A stretch of DNA of 64,000 bases from positions 101,941-165,940 of IMG/VR virus record IMGVR_UViG_3300031972_002446. One strand, 5' to 3'. This document shows positions 18,062 to 27,862 of the stretch, piece by piece (positions within the stretch are counted from its first letter, which is position 1; every line of letters starts with the position of its first letter). The notes beneath the pieces are model-generated. The model searched no databases. It saw nothing but the letters and a program-made list of their open reading frames with translations, and was not told the origin of the DNA. This DNA comes from a virus. Position numbers and translations under genes: made by a program.

Positions 18062-20002
18062 ATGAATAAAAAATATGAAATAAACTACACTTTTCCTAAT
18101 TGCTTATCAGAATATAGTGGTACTATATCTATCACAGATTTAACGAATGGTAATTTATCCATGACATGGTTGAATTTACCAGAAACAGCTGTGATAAATA
18201 GTAAAGGTATGTCTGTTAATAATTTACAATGCGGCATATATGAATTGGATATATACGACACTAGCACAGATCAAAACCACAAAGAAATTATAGATATTAC
18301 ATGCTTTAACGACCTAACCCTCGATCTTGTACAAATAGATGACTTAAATTGTATAAATGATATGGGCGTTTTAAATATTAGTTGGTCTGGAGGACAGGCT
18401 CCTTATAAAGTGTCTTTAAATTCTGATAGTGTCTCAACTAACGATACTCATTTATCTTATGATATTATAGCTAATAAAAAATACAAATTAACTATTAAAG
18501 ATAGTAATAACTGCATACTGAGCAAATCAGATATTATAAAAACTATTAAACCCATGAAAGTTGAAATAGGTTGGGAATCTATTAAACATAATGGTGGTGT
18601 TTCTGGAGATGTTTTTTATAAAATTCAAGGAGGTGTTGAGCCATATAAAGTAGCTTGGTTTACCCAAAAAGATACCAATCATCCATTAATTATAAATCAA
18701 AATCATATTCAAAATAAACTACAAAGTAATCATTATAAACTAATGGTAACAGACTCTGTTGGATGTTCTATAGATAAATCTTTCTATATTTCAGAACCAC
18801 CTCCTATTATTGTACAAACTAAAGAATCTGCTGATTATAGTTTTAAAGCAACTTATCCTAATATCAAATCAAAAAGTTTCTATAATTTAATATTATTAAA
18901 TAATTATGATAAACCTATAAAATATTTATTAAATAAAAAAATTACTTTAAAACATAAAAATATTAATAGTAAACAAAAAATTATTATGAATTATGGAAAT
19001 ATAACACTAGATGGTGTTGATTATCAGTACTTTTATATTAATCCAGGAATACCTGCTCTTAAAAGCTCGAACTCTGAATTGATAATAGAAGATGGTGATG
19101 ATTCAGAAGCATTGCTTTTATCTCATGATATAAATTTTAATAATCAAAATAAATTGCTGGTAGGTTCTGTTATATTATCAGATATTTATGATTATATATT
19201 TCATGATAATGATATAGTAGAAATTATAGATAATGATGGAAATACGCTAAAAACTTGTATAGATCAAGCACATAACCAGGCTCAATTGTATGACAATATT
19301 AATGCTTCTACAGTAATTAATTTTATTAATAGGGATAATTCTGAATCAGAAGATATTCTTAAATTATTAAATAATAGAAAATCACTTAATAATAATCAAA
19401 TTAAATGCTTAACAACAAAATATAATAATAAGATGGGTGAACTACATTGTTTAATTCACGGTGGGGACAAACAGACTCTTAAGTTAGATATTCTATATTC
19501 AGATGGTAATGTTGATACTTATGATATAGACAATAATAGTATTATTTTAAAGAATTTAACACATGGTACGTATAGAATTAAAGTTTATGATAAGTATAAT
19601 ATAGCGCATGAATATAATAGAATATATACAGGTGAATATTATGAATTCGACATTATGTCTTCTTTTGATGAAGAACAGGAAAATTGTAAGATAGCAGCTA
19701 TATCTAAGTATAATTTAGATCCTAGTTTTCTGAATAGATATGATCAAACTCCTAGTAAATTATTATTTACATCACCAGAATTCAAAAACGGGGTATTAAT
19801 TAATATATCTCCTTCAGAGTCTTGTTATGATATTATTGATGATGAAGGTAATGTTATAGAGGATTGTGGATATAAGGTTATAAATTTGGAATATGGTAAG
19901 TATAAAATATATGCACAGCACGAAGGACATGAATCTGTTGAAAAAGTGTTTTTCGTAAATTCTCCTAAGGAATTAGTAACTATAGTATTAGAAAAGGAAT
20001 AG
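18062..20002 (+). CDS. SprB-repeat / Ig-like protein with possible C-terminal PEGA-like domain (tail-associated adhesin?)
   Basis: SGGQAPYKV, GGVEPYKVAW...YKLMVTDSVGC...ISEP resemble SprB repeats; C-terminal LEYGKYKIYAQHEGH is PEGA-like; more AT-rich than its flanks. Confidence 0.5.
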   Translation: MNKKYEINYTFPNCLSEYSGTISITDLTNGNLSMTWLNLPETAVINSKGMSVNNLQCGIYELDIYDTSTDQNHKEIIDITCFNDLTLDLVQIDDLNCINDMGVLNISWSGGQAPYKVSLNSDSVSTNDTHLSYDIIANKKYKLTIKDSNNCILSKSDIIKTIKPMKVEIGWESIKHNGGVSGDVFYKIQGGVEPYKVAWFTQKDTNHPLIINQNHIQNKLQSNHYKLMVTDSVGCSIDKSFYISEPPPIIVQTKESADYSFKATYPNIKSKSFYNLILLNNYDKPIKYLLNKKITLKHKNINSKQKIIMNYGNITLDGVDYQYFYINPGIPALKSSNSELIIEDGDDSEALLLSHDINFNNQNKLLVGSVILSDIYDYIFHDNDIVEIIDNDGNTLKTCIDQAHNQAQLYDNINASTVINFINRDNSESEDILKLLNNRKSLNNNQIKCLTTKYNNKMGELHCLIHGGDKQTLKLDILYSDGNVDTYDIDNNSIILKNLTHGTYRIKVYDKYNIAHEYNRIYTGEYYEFDIMSSFDEEQENCKIAAISKYNLDPSFLNRYDQTPSKLLFTSPEFKNGVLINISPSESCYDIIDDEGNVIEDCGYKVINLEYGKYKIYAQHEGHESVEKVFFVNSPKELVTIVLEKE

Positions 20003-20004
20003 TA

Positions 20005-20931
20005 ATGTCTAGCTCTAAAGCTTTTAATTGTGAAATTGTAAATATATCATGTAATTTAGGTTTTGGTGCCAGTGAGTCTAGTGTAAATTTAACATTAGTA
20101 GAGTGTGGTACTCCTTATGATGGCTCTTTAGGTTGTGTATATACTATTAATGTTGGTGGTTTTAATTTTACTGGTGTTTTAGCTGATCATACTTATCAAC
20201 AGTCTTCTTCAGGTTTGGTGTGGACAGTTAGACTTACTGATGGTAGGCAAAGTTTAACAAATGTTTCGGTGATACTAAATGACTATTACTGTAATATTGA
20301 TACTCCTAATTTAATTAATGTTTTAGCTTTGTTGGAGCCTTCTATTTGTGAATTCAGTTGCAGTGACTTTATGGCGTCTTTAAAAGACGATACCGGAATA
20401 TTAATGCTGTATATTCTAAGAGCTCTTAATGGTCAATCATGTTTATTACCCGTTTGTGGTGTTACGCTTAATATAGATTTGTCTCAGGTGATTGATATAT
20501 GTCCGGCATATTTAAAGATTAATGATACGCACTCTAATGTTTTAAACATAATAGATCAAGCTTGCCAGGAAGCTGGTTATGACTTTTTTATTCAAATTGA
20601 AGGCAGTTCTTTTGTAGCTGTTCCTATTAGTAAAAAAGTTGCTCCTCCATCCGGAGCTTTACAAACTTTATTAAATACTATCTCTGCAAGTAACTGTGGT
20701 GGTGAAGCCAATATTGATTTTAGATATGGTGAAGAAGCAGCTTATGAACCAAGCAAAAAATTTGTCATTGGAGAAAATATACACTATTTAATGCAAATAG
20801 ATAAAGCGGGGGATTGTGATAATAAACCCAATGACGGAACAATTGGAGGCGTTCCCGATACTGGTGTCATTGACGATCCGGTTGTTACAGGTTTAGCTCT
20901 AACACCATTACCAGAATATAAAGGAGATTAA
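20005..20931 (+). CDS. Putative baseplate hub/tail tip protein (N-terminal part)
   Basis: 308 aa; GFNFTGVL...WTVRLTDGR and IIDQACQEAGYDFFIQ resemble tail hub domains; tail context. Confidence 0.45.
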   Translation: MSSSKAFNCEIVNISCNLGFGASESSVNLTLVECGTPYDGSLGCVYTINVGGFNFTGVLADHTYQQSSSGLVWTVRLTDGRQSLTNVSVILNDYYCNIDTPNLINVLALLEPSICEFSCSDFMASLKDDTGILMLYILRALNGQSCLLPVCGVTLNIDLSQVIDICPAYLKINDTHSNVLNIIDQACQEAGYDFFIQIEGSSFVAVPISKKVAPPSGALQTLLNTISASNCGGEANIDFRYGEEAAYEPSKKFVIGENIHYLMQIDKAGDCDNKPNDGTIGGVPDTGVIDDPVVTGLALTPLPEYKGD

Positions 20932-20934
20932 AGT

Positions 20935-23900
20935 ATGGCATGTTCAGTCAATATGTTTTTTGGTGAAAGGTTATTAGCCAATGGCACTTTTGAAATATTC
21001 ATGTCTGAGCAAGATCAAGTATATATAGAGAATTATGATTGTACCATGATATCTAAAGCTCTTGGTTTAAATTTTACAGATTTTACATTAACAGAGGAAG
21101 AACTTTTAGCCACTGCTAGTATGTCGTGTTGGACTTCTTACATAGGAACCCCTACCGCCAACCAAACAGAGCTTTTTGGGTATAAGGTTTTTGAATCTCT
21201 TTTTGGTGCTGACGGCTTAGCTAAGCTGCGTGACCTAGTAGCAGATAATTTTGAAGATTTAGCATTAAACCAAAATACTGGAGCTATGAATTCTCATATG
21301 AACTCTATAGCTAAAGAAGATGCGGCTGTTAATATCCCTAAATTAGAACAAGCTCATGCTTGGATTTCTAGTATACATAGTGATTTTTATGGAAAACAAT
21401 ACTTAATACAAATAGGAGACGATACGGCTGGGGTTTGTATTAAAGATAGATTTGGTAATATTCCAGCAGGTAATATTAAAATTGAGTCTGAGGGTGGTTT
21501 ATATTATTCTAGCGACTCTCCTGCTTCTGGTGGGGCGTGGCCAAATGCTGGACAGGTTCAGGTATTAGGTTTAAATGTAGGTTCTGAAACTTTATTATTT
21601 CAAGAATCGGATAATCGTATAGGCGCTTTTGTTAAACTATCAGATTATAAAAATGTTTCTAAGTATAATCATACATGGGAAGTTGATTTATCTTCTTTAA
21701 GTGATGATAATTTTTATAAACAGGGAGAAGACTTATTTATTAAAGCTGGCTTATCAGACGCCTTGTATCAGTATGATAACAAACAATATATTTTACTAGA
21801 AATGTCTGCTGTCCCCAGATTGCAGATTAAAGGGGATGGTGAGCTATGCCCGGCTAATCTTATGAGTCAAGGCGCTATTGCTGTGATGGCTTTATTTGAA
21901 AGTCATTACAGTGATGTTGATACAGCTCTTCAGGATATATTTTGTGATGACCCAAATAACACTAAGAACGGTACTGTTCCTAATAGATCAGCATTTAATG
22001 TTTTAAATAGTAATAAGCCTTCTATAGTTCCAGATAATTTTATCTGTCCTATGAAAAGCAATTTATTTGTATATGGTCCCTGGTTTCATCAAACAAATCC
22101 AGTTGGAGGCACAATAGTAGATCCTAATAAAGAATTATGTCCTTGGAGATTTAGCGATGGTAATGATGATGGTTATACTAGAATGGATGTATATGGAAAC
22201 TTAATAGCAAATGATGGACCTAGAGGTTTACAGAAGCAAGAATCTGGTTCTATTACAGTAGCAGCATTACCTTCTTATAATCTCGGTCATATAGTTGCAC
22301 AAAATGCGGCTACTCTTACTGATATTAGTATTAGCATAGGTGAAAGTGGTTATACAACTACTTATAATTTTCAAACATATACTCCAAAATTCGGTAGTCC
22401 TGGTAGAGCATTAAAGGATTTATGGTCTAAAAGCTATCAATCGATGTCTTATTTAAATAAATATTTTAAAGATCAAAAATTAGAATTAAATAAATTAATT
22501 AATAATAATGATATCAGATTACAAGATGCACAAGCTAGAAGATTTGATGTTGATGGTGCTGTTAGTAGTGGCGTTTCTGAAGATGCTGGTAAAGGAGCTA
22601 CAACATCATCAAGTAGTCCGGGTGTTATTTTATTTTCTGGATTTTTCTACAGAGATAAAGAAGATAATGCGCAAGGAGGTGCGGATTCACATGATGGATC
22701 GTCAGTTGAGATGACTCCTTGTTCTAAATGTAGAGACAGCACTACTGACCAAAACATCCCTGAGAAATCTGTAGACTCTGACGGTAATATTTTACAGAAT
22801 AGACCATTTTCTATGTTGGAGAAAGCATATAGTTGGGAACATATTAAAGAAAATACTTTTAAAAGATTAGCTTTATCAAGTTTAGATTTAATTTTTGGAG
22901 GCATTAGCACGAAAACTCAAGAGGATCAAGAAGCAGAACTACCCAGACTATCATTATATACAAATTATGATGCCGATTATTCAGAATGGTCGGATAAAGA
23001 AGATGATGAGGATCCTGGAAGACCACCTAAGTCTAGACCAAGATTAGAAATACCTCCTTTTGAATTTATGAATGAATTAGAGTACGACCTACCCATACAT
23101 CAGCAATATTTAAATAGTGTTACTTCGGGAACCATGTTAAGTAGCTGGGACGATAGATCTAATTCTAGCACTAAAGGATTTATTGCGTATTTAATTAGTG
23201 CTGGTGAAACATATGAAGATTTTAAATTAACTATTTTAGATGAAAATGAAACCGATAGACAAGAATTTGATAATTTTAGATATAATGCTTTAAGAGGACC
23301 TTTAACTCTACAGTCTTGGGGTTACGACACATCTGGAAAACCTATCCCTAACGCCATAGACTCAGCTAACAACACAGAACGAGGTAAGTTTAGAAGAAAA
23401 GGACTCAAAGACAAGTTTTTAAAAGATTGGCTTGAAAATCCCAAATCATGGCCTGTAGGACCTATAGATTTAAGATGGGACAGAGAAAGAGGGGTTTGGG
23501 TATCTCCTCCAGCCAATAAAATTGTGGTAGCTAGATTGACGCAAAATTTGAATAAATTTGGTGTCGCAGAAGCTGAGCTTATAGATCCAGAAGCTGGTTC
23601 AGCTTCGTTCTACGAGTATTATGATATATGGGATAAAGATGGCAGAAATATTAAAGTTGCATTAACTAAAACTAAAATTAAAGTATATGATTTTCTTGGT
23701 ATCGACTTATGTAAATGCGATCATGTTTATGCTTACTATGACGATAATAGATATATCGTTTTAGAAAGTAGTAGAGCTTATAAAGACCCCAATGAGCTAT
23801 GTTGTACAACAGCAACTCCTGTTCCTTCGCCTCACACAACAATACCAACTTCGTGTTGGTGTAATTTAGAATGTCTACAGACTCTTAAAGGATATCAAGA

Positions 23901-24012
23901 AGGTAAGCATCAAGCTTTGGTTCATAAGTCTGAAACTGGTGGTCCCGATTGTTTAGTTTGGGAAGATATTGTTGAATGCTATACACCCCCTCCTGAGCAT
24001 TTTATAGAATAA
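20935..24012 (+). CDS. Putative tail tip/baseplate protein
   Basis: 1025 aa; ITDISISIGESGYTTTYNF-like hub C-terminal segment (LTDISISIGESGYTTTYNF); last gene of the tail operon; own AGGAG RBS. Confidence 0.5.
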   Translation: MACSVNMFFGERLLANGTFEIFMSEQDQVYIENYDCTMISKALGLNFTDFTLTEEELLATASMSCWTSYIGTPTANQTELFGYKVFESLFGADGLAKLRDLVADNFEDLALNQNTGAMNSHMNSIAKEDAAVNIPKLEQAHAWISSIHSDFYGKQYLIQIGDDTAGVCIKDRFGNIPAGNIKIESEGGLYYSSDSPASGGAWPNAGQVQVLGLNVGSETLLFQESDNRIGAFVKLSDYKNVSKYNHTWEVDLSSLSDDNFYKQGEDLFIKAGLSDALYQYDNKQYILLEMSAVPRLQIKGDGELCPANLMSQGAIAVMALFESHYSDVDTALQDIFCDDPNNTKNGTVPNRSAFNVLNSNKPSIVPDNFICPMKSNLFVYGPWFHQTNPVGGTIVDPNKELCPWRFSDGNDDGYTRMDVYGNLIANDGPRGLQKQESGSITVAALPSYNLGHIVAQNAATLTDISISIGESGYTTTYNFQTYTPKFGSPGRALKDLWSKSYQSMSYLNKYFKDQKLELNKLINNNDIRLQDAQARRFDVDGAVSSGVSEDAGKGATTSSSSPGVILFSGFFYRDKEDNAQGGADSHDGSSVEMTPCSKCRDSTTDQNIPEKSVDSDGNILQNRPFSMLEKAYSWEHIKENTFKRLALSSLDLIFGGISTKTQEDQEAELPRLSLYTNYDADYSEWSDKEDDEDPGRPPKSRPRLEIPPFEFMNELEYDLPIHQQYLNSVTSGTMLSSWDDRSNSSTKGFIAYLISAGETYEDFKLTILDENETDRQEFDNFRYNALRGPLTLQSWGYDTSGKPIPNAIDSANNTERGKFRRKGLKDKFLKDWLENPKSWPVGPIDLRWDRERGVWVSPPANKIVVARLTQNLNKFGVAEAELIDPEAGSASFYEYYDIWDKDGRNIKVALTKTKIKVYDFLGIDLCKCDHVYAYYDDNRYIVLESSRAYKDPNELCCTTATPVPSPHTTIPTSCWCNLECLQTLKGYQEGKHQALVHKSETGGPDCLVWEDIVECYTPPPEHFIE

Positions 24013-24032
24013 ATTTATACATTTCAAAGTAT

Positions 24033-24065
24033 AAAAAAAAGGCAACAGAATTAACTGCTGCCTTT
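24033..24065 (-). terminator. Rho-independent terminator at the convergence of the two gene blocks (possibly bidirectional)
   Basis: - strand: GGCAGCAG-ttaatt-CTGTTGCC followed by 8 U; + strand has only TTT after the stem. Confidence 0.75.
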
Positions 24066-24092
24066 AAAATATACTATAAAGAGATAATAGTA

Positions 24093-24416
24093 TTATTTTT
24101 TATTAGGCTCCCATTTGTACCAGCCGTTATTAGGAAGGTATTTACCATCTGCATCTTTTCTTTTAGGAAAGAGAGTTCCTCCTTTTTTGTGCTGGCCATA
24201 CGATAGAAGAGCGCCACAATCCATGCATCTTAATTCATAATATTCGTTGTCATCTACAACCCTTACTACAAATTTGATATTCTCAGATCCACATACTCCA
24301 CATTTTTTTTCAGAAAAAATTTCTTGAACCATTGCAAGTTCTTTGAAAATCTCTTTCTGACCAGTTCCTTCTAGTTCGAATTCCAATTTATCATTAGGTT
24401 TAAATTTTAATTTCAT
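24093..24416 (-). CDS. Zn-ribbon hypothetical protein
   Basis: 107 aa; CGVC...CMDC; ATGA overlap with the upstream gene. Confidence 0.65.
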   Translation of the reverse strand: MKLKFKPNDKLEFELEGTGQKEIFKELAMVQEIFSEKKCGVCGSENIKFVVRVVDDNEYYELRCMDCGALLSYGQHKKGGTLFPKRKDADGKYLPNNGWYKWEPNKK

Positions 24417-25147
24417 ATTATACTCCAGTTGTTAACGTATCCTCGAAATACAGTAGGTATTTCTTCTGTTTTTTGTTGATATCCAGATAACTCTCTAATA
24501 ACCTTCAGAGCGTCCCCATGCAATATGCTTTTTATATTATCTGTTTTTATATCTAATGATTTAATAATTTCTAATACATTAATATCTAATCTTTTAGCTA
24601 TTACATCAATAAAATTGATCTGATTATTAGTAATTTTGGTAACATTATCTGCACCGATGTCGTCTTCTGTAGTATCTACAACCTCTTCAGCAGCAACAAC
24701 TTTTCTTAATCTTAAACCTCGTCGTAATGCCCTACCTTCTGCTCTAGTTTCAGCTACCGCAACAGGATGATTTCGAAAAACCTTGTCGCAATTACCCCAA
24801 TATACATCTGCTGCGCCATTAATAGTTCTAATTCTCAAAGAATCGTTTAAAGATTTATCGTTTAGGTAATAACTTAAAGAGTGTATGACAGTAGCTCTTT
24901 TTTCATTACTTGGTTGAGGAGACTGCACAACTTCTGATGTAGATTCTATAATAACACAATCTAGTGCTAATTCAAATATTCTCCTCAATCCATCGGTTGT
25001 TGGGTTACCACTGATTTTCTCATCTTCCGATAAAAAACCTAAAACATGGTCTGTCCATCCTATATCTGTGATTTTAGGCTCTTCTAGTTTAGTAGCCTTA
25101 GTCGTTGTTGTGGGTTCTTCTTTTTTAACCGCTTTAGTTCTAGGCAT
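24413..25147 (-). CDS. Possible Rad52/Sak-like ssDNA-annealing protein
   Basis: 244 aa; AVAETRAEGRALRR resembles the AETxAxGRAL helix of Rad52-fold phage recombinases. Confidence 0.4.
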   Translation of the reverse strand: MPRTKAVKKEEPTTTTKATKLEEPKITDIGWTDHVLGFLSEDEKISGNPTTDGLRRIFELALDCVIIESTSEVVQSPQPSNEKRATVIHSLSYYLNDKSLNDSLRIRTINGAADVYWGNCDKVFRNHPVAVAETRAEGRALRRGLRLRKVVAAEEVVDTTEDDIGADNVTKITNNQINFIDVIAKRLDINVLEIIKSLDIKTDNIKSILHGDALKVIRELSGYQQKTEEIPTVFRGYVNNWSII

Positions 25148-25932
25148 TATTTGTCCTCTATTTCTATAGATGTAGTTGAAGATTTGTTTATAGTATTAAT
25201 CGCCTCAATAAGTTTATGGTACAACATTAAAGATCTAGAATTAGAAAAATCATTGGTTTGCTTCACTCTAACTAACTTCCAACCCCTACCTATGATAAGC
25301 CCGCTTTTCTTTTGGTCGTATTTTCGATTTCTATCGAGAACATCTTGACCCCAAACTGGCAGAAAGTGTGAAGGACCATCAACCTCTATTGCTATATTCA
25401 TTGTAGGTAGAAATAGGTCAATTTGCAATTTAGTATTTGCTAATACTTGTTCTTTATGAAATTCTACTTTATATCCGTCTTTGATAAGTTCTTGTAGGAT
25501 AAAGTGTTCAAGCTTCGAGCCTATTTTACTACTATTTCTTACAGCATCATTCGCTTTAGCAAGCATATCAGCTTTTTGCTCTTCGCTTTTTTGTTCCCAT
25601 AATATTTTAGACTTTGCTCTTTTTTCGTCCTTAGTTTTCTGATCGGCCTTCGCCCAATTCTGTAAAATTTTAGTACCTATTTTATCTTTTTCCTCTTGAG
25701 ATCTTTGTTTACCTTTTGTTGGATGTTTATGAACACCCTTTTCTAAGGCATTCTTTTGAGCTTGTGATTTACTTCTAATTGGTATATGAAGTCTCTTTGC
25801 GTCTCGCAAAATCTTATTAGTATAAGTATCAAATTGTTTTGCAATAGCCTGAAAACTTTTAGACTCGTCTAGATATAAGTCTGTAATAATTTTTAATTTT
25901 TCTTTATCGTTTAATGAATCATATTTACTCAT
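25147..25932 (-). CDS. NUMOD3-like DNA-binding plus DUF559/Vsr-like PD-(D/E)XK endonuclease (homing-endonuclease-like)
   Basis: N-terminal HTH-like segment; KGKQRSQEEKDKI (NUMOD3-like); IDLFLPTMNIAIEVDGPSH. Confidence 0.7.
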   Translation of the reverse strand: MSKYDSLNDKEKLKIITDLYLDESKSFQAIAKQFDTYTNKILRDAKRLHIPIRSKSQAQKNALEKGVHKHPTKGKQRSQEEKDKIGTKILQNWAKADQKTKDEKRAKSKILWEQKSEEQKADMLAKANDAVRNSSKIGSKLEHFILQELIKDGYKVEFHKEQVLANTKLQIDLFLPTMNIAIEVDGPSHFLPVWGQDVLDRNRKYDQKKSGLIIGRGWKLVRVKQTNDFSNSRSLMLYHKLIEAINTINKSSTTSIEIEDK

Positions 25933-26296
25933 TAATAATCTCCTGAATACTTTTTATAAAATTTTCATCTTCTTGTTTCACAGATACAGTCCTATAGTCT
26001 TTTAGTTTATCCCCACCTTCATCTTCTGATAATAAAATTATATTATCTTTAGTGAACCCTAAATCTACAAGTACTTGAGCATCCTTTTTGTCTGCAACAA
26101 TGATATAGCTTGATGCTTTGTTTATATACTGTAAATAAAATGTATGAAAAATAACTATATTTTGTTTATAAATTTCATACTTATCACAAACAACTATACT
26201 AGAACCAATGCTTATATTTGATGTTATAAATTCAAATATTTTTAATAAATTATCGTCTGTTTTCTGTATACAGTTTTTATAAAGAATAAGTGTCAT
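25925..26296 (-). CDS. Hypothetical protein
   Basis: 123-aa ORF overlapping both neighbours in the operon. Confidence 0.55.
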   Translation of the reverse strand: MTLILYKNCIQKTDDNLLKIFEFITSNISIGSSIVVCDKYEIYKQNIVIFHTFYLQYINKASSYIIVADKKDAQVLVDLGFTKDNIILLSEDEGGDKLKDYRTVSVKQEDENFIKSIQEIINE

Positions 26297-26975
26297 ATTT
26301 TTTTATCAATCTTTTAATTTTTTTTAGTTGTTTGCTATCATATAAATGTAGTATATCTTCATTAATGTCATAACCCTGTATATCAACCCCGTGTTGTATC
26401 AGAGTATTTATAATCTCAAATAGGTACATTCCCTTCTTACTATATTGTTTAATAATATGTTTAAAAACATGAATATCTTTTTTATGTATATAAAGGAATT
26501 CACATACTTTATTTTCTAAATCATAAAATACAAAGTTTACTTTTTTATCACGGTCTACTGTACAACCTATTTTCGATTCGAATTTCTTATGTTTACTAAT
26601 CATAATTGCCGTACTCATAAGTTTCAAATTAGACATAAGATTGGGATTAAAAAACATACATAGGTTCATTATTGCTATATGACTATTAGGGAATTGCTCT
26701 ATGGCACTATTTAAATAACTACCAACATTACTCATGTCATCATGAGATTGTTCTAAGTAACTAACTCTATTAGTTTTTATCCCCTCCCGCACTTCTGCAA
26801 TAGACTTTGCATCACTAATCACCATTACTTTTGATCTTTGATGAAATTTTAATATATTTTTAATTTGATGGGTTAAGAAAAAATCCTCACCAATTTTATA
26901 GGTGATATCGTTTTTAGTAATGTTTTGACATATATTAGGATTAGCTAATAATATAAAACATGTTTGTTTATTCAT
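26277..26975 (-). CDS. Divergent sugar-nucleotidyltransferase-like protein
   Basis: Likely start ATG 26975; layout (FILLA...LTHQI...YLFEIIN) resembles the NTP-transferase fold, but the GxGxR motif is absent. Confidence 0.35.
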   Translation of the reverse strand: MNKQTCFILLANPNICQNITKNDITYKIGEDFFLTHQIKNILKFHQRSKVMVISDAKSIAEVREGIKTNRVSYLEQSHDDMSNVGSYLNSAIEQFPNSHIAIMNLCMFFNPNLMSNLKLMSTAIMISKHKKFESKIGCTVDRDKKVNFVFYDLENKVCEFLYIHKKDIHVFKHIIKQYSKKGMYLFEIINTLIQHGVDIQGYDINEDILHLYDSKQLKKIKRLIKKYDTYSL

Positions 26976-27393
26976 GTTTATAAGCTTTAATGTAGTATTC
27001 AAATACGTTAATATATTTTTTATTACTGACTCTAAAATCTAAATCTTTTAAATATTTAAGAATATCTGACATATTGCGTATTGATTTTTTATTAGGGTAT
27101 AAAACTTTTTTAATTATATTTTCATCAACCATACTAAAAGTAACAGCAATACATAACTGCTTTAAATCTGAAGCTTGTATATATAAATTACCATTAGAAT
27201 TAAGTTTTTGAAATATTTTACCCAAAAGGTTAGGGACCTCGTCTTCGGTCAAATAATCGCATAAATCTTGAATAATAATTTCATCAATACTATTATCTTT
27301 ATATTCATCTATTTTAGATATGTGGCAATAGTCACTATTAGAAGGAGATAGCTCCTGTTCGGCAACGTGAAATAATATTGATTTTTTATCCAT
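26968..27393 (-). CDS. Short SAM-dependent methyltransferase-like protein
   Basis: Likely start ATG 27393; DNSIDEII...KLNSNGNLYI...DLKQL resembles class I MTase motifs, but the GxG motif is not evident. Confidence 0.4.
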   Translation of the reverse strand: MDKKSILFHVAEQELSPSNSDYCHISKIDEYKDNSIDEIIIQDLCDYLTEDEVPNLLGKIFQKLNSNGNLYIQASDLKQLCIAVTFSMVDENIIKKVLYPNKKSIRNMSDILKYLKDLDFRVSNKKYINVFEYYIKAYKHE

Positions 27394-27862
27394 AATACTT
27401 AAATATTCTCTTTGAAGTTTTGAATATAATATCAGACCACATAGCCTGATCATAATCTTTTGATTCTAATACGTAGTCATACCGAGTTGATTTTTCCCAA
27501 GACTCTGCTATTTCCTTTGACATGGCCACATTTATAGAGCATGGTAGGTCATATCTAATGATAGAGCTTTCCTTATCACTCGTCATTGTAGAAGGTTGTT
27601 TTAAATGATCTATTAATAATACAGGTATATGAAATTGTATTGATATATTTTTACATGTTTGGTGATATAGGATTTTATTATTACACACTATGAGTTGAGG
27701 TATTTCTTTTCCGAAATATAATTGATCCATAGTAATTAATTTATGTTTAAGTTTTTTAATTTTATCTTCAAATAATATATTATCTACATTAGTCCATAAT
27801 ATATTTATACTATCTGATTTTGTTATGTATTCTCTAGAAAGTATTCCTGATACTGAGTTCAT
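27386..27862 (-). CDS. Hypothetical protein, possibly a glycosyltransferase-like fragment
   Basis: 158 aa; IPVLLIDH and NVAMSKEIAESW resemble GT-B N-domain segments; lies in the GT cluster. Confidence 0.35.
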   Translation of the reverse strand: MNSVSGILSREYITKSDSINILWTNVDNILFEDKIKKLKHKLITMDQLYFGKEIPQLIVCNNKILYHQTCKNISIQFHIPVLLIDHLKQPSTMTSDKESSIIRYDLPCSINVAMSKEIAESWEKSTRYDYVLESKDYDQAMWSDIIFKTSKRIFKYYG

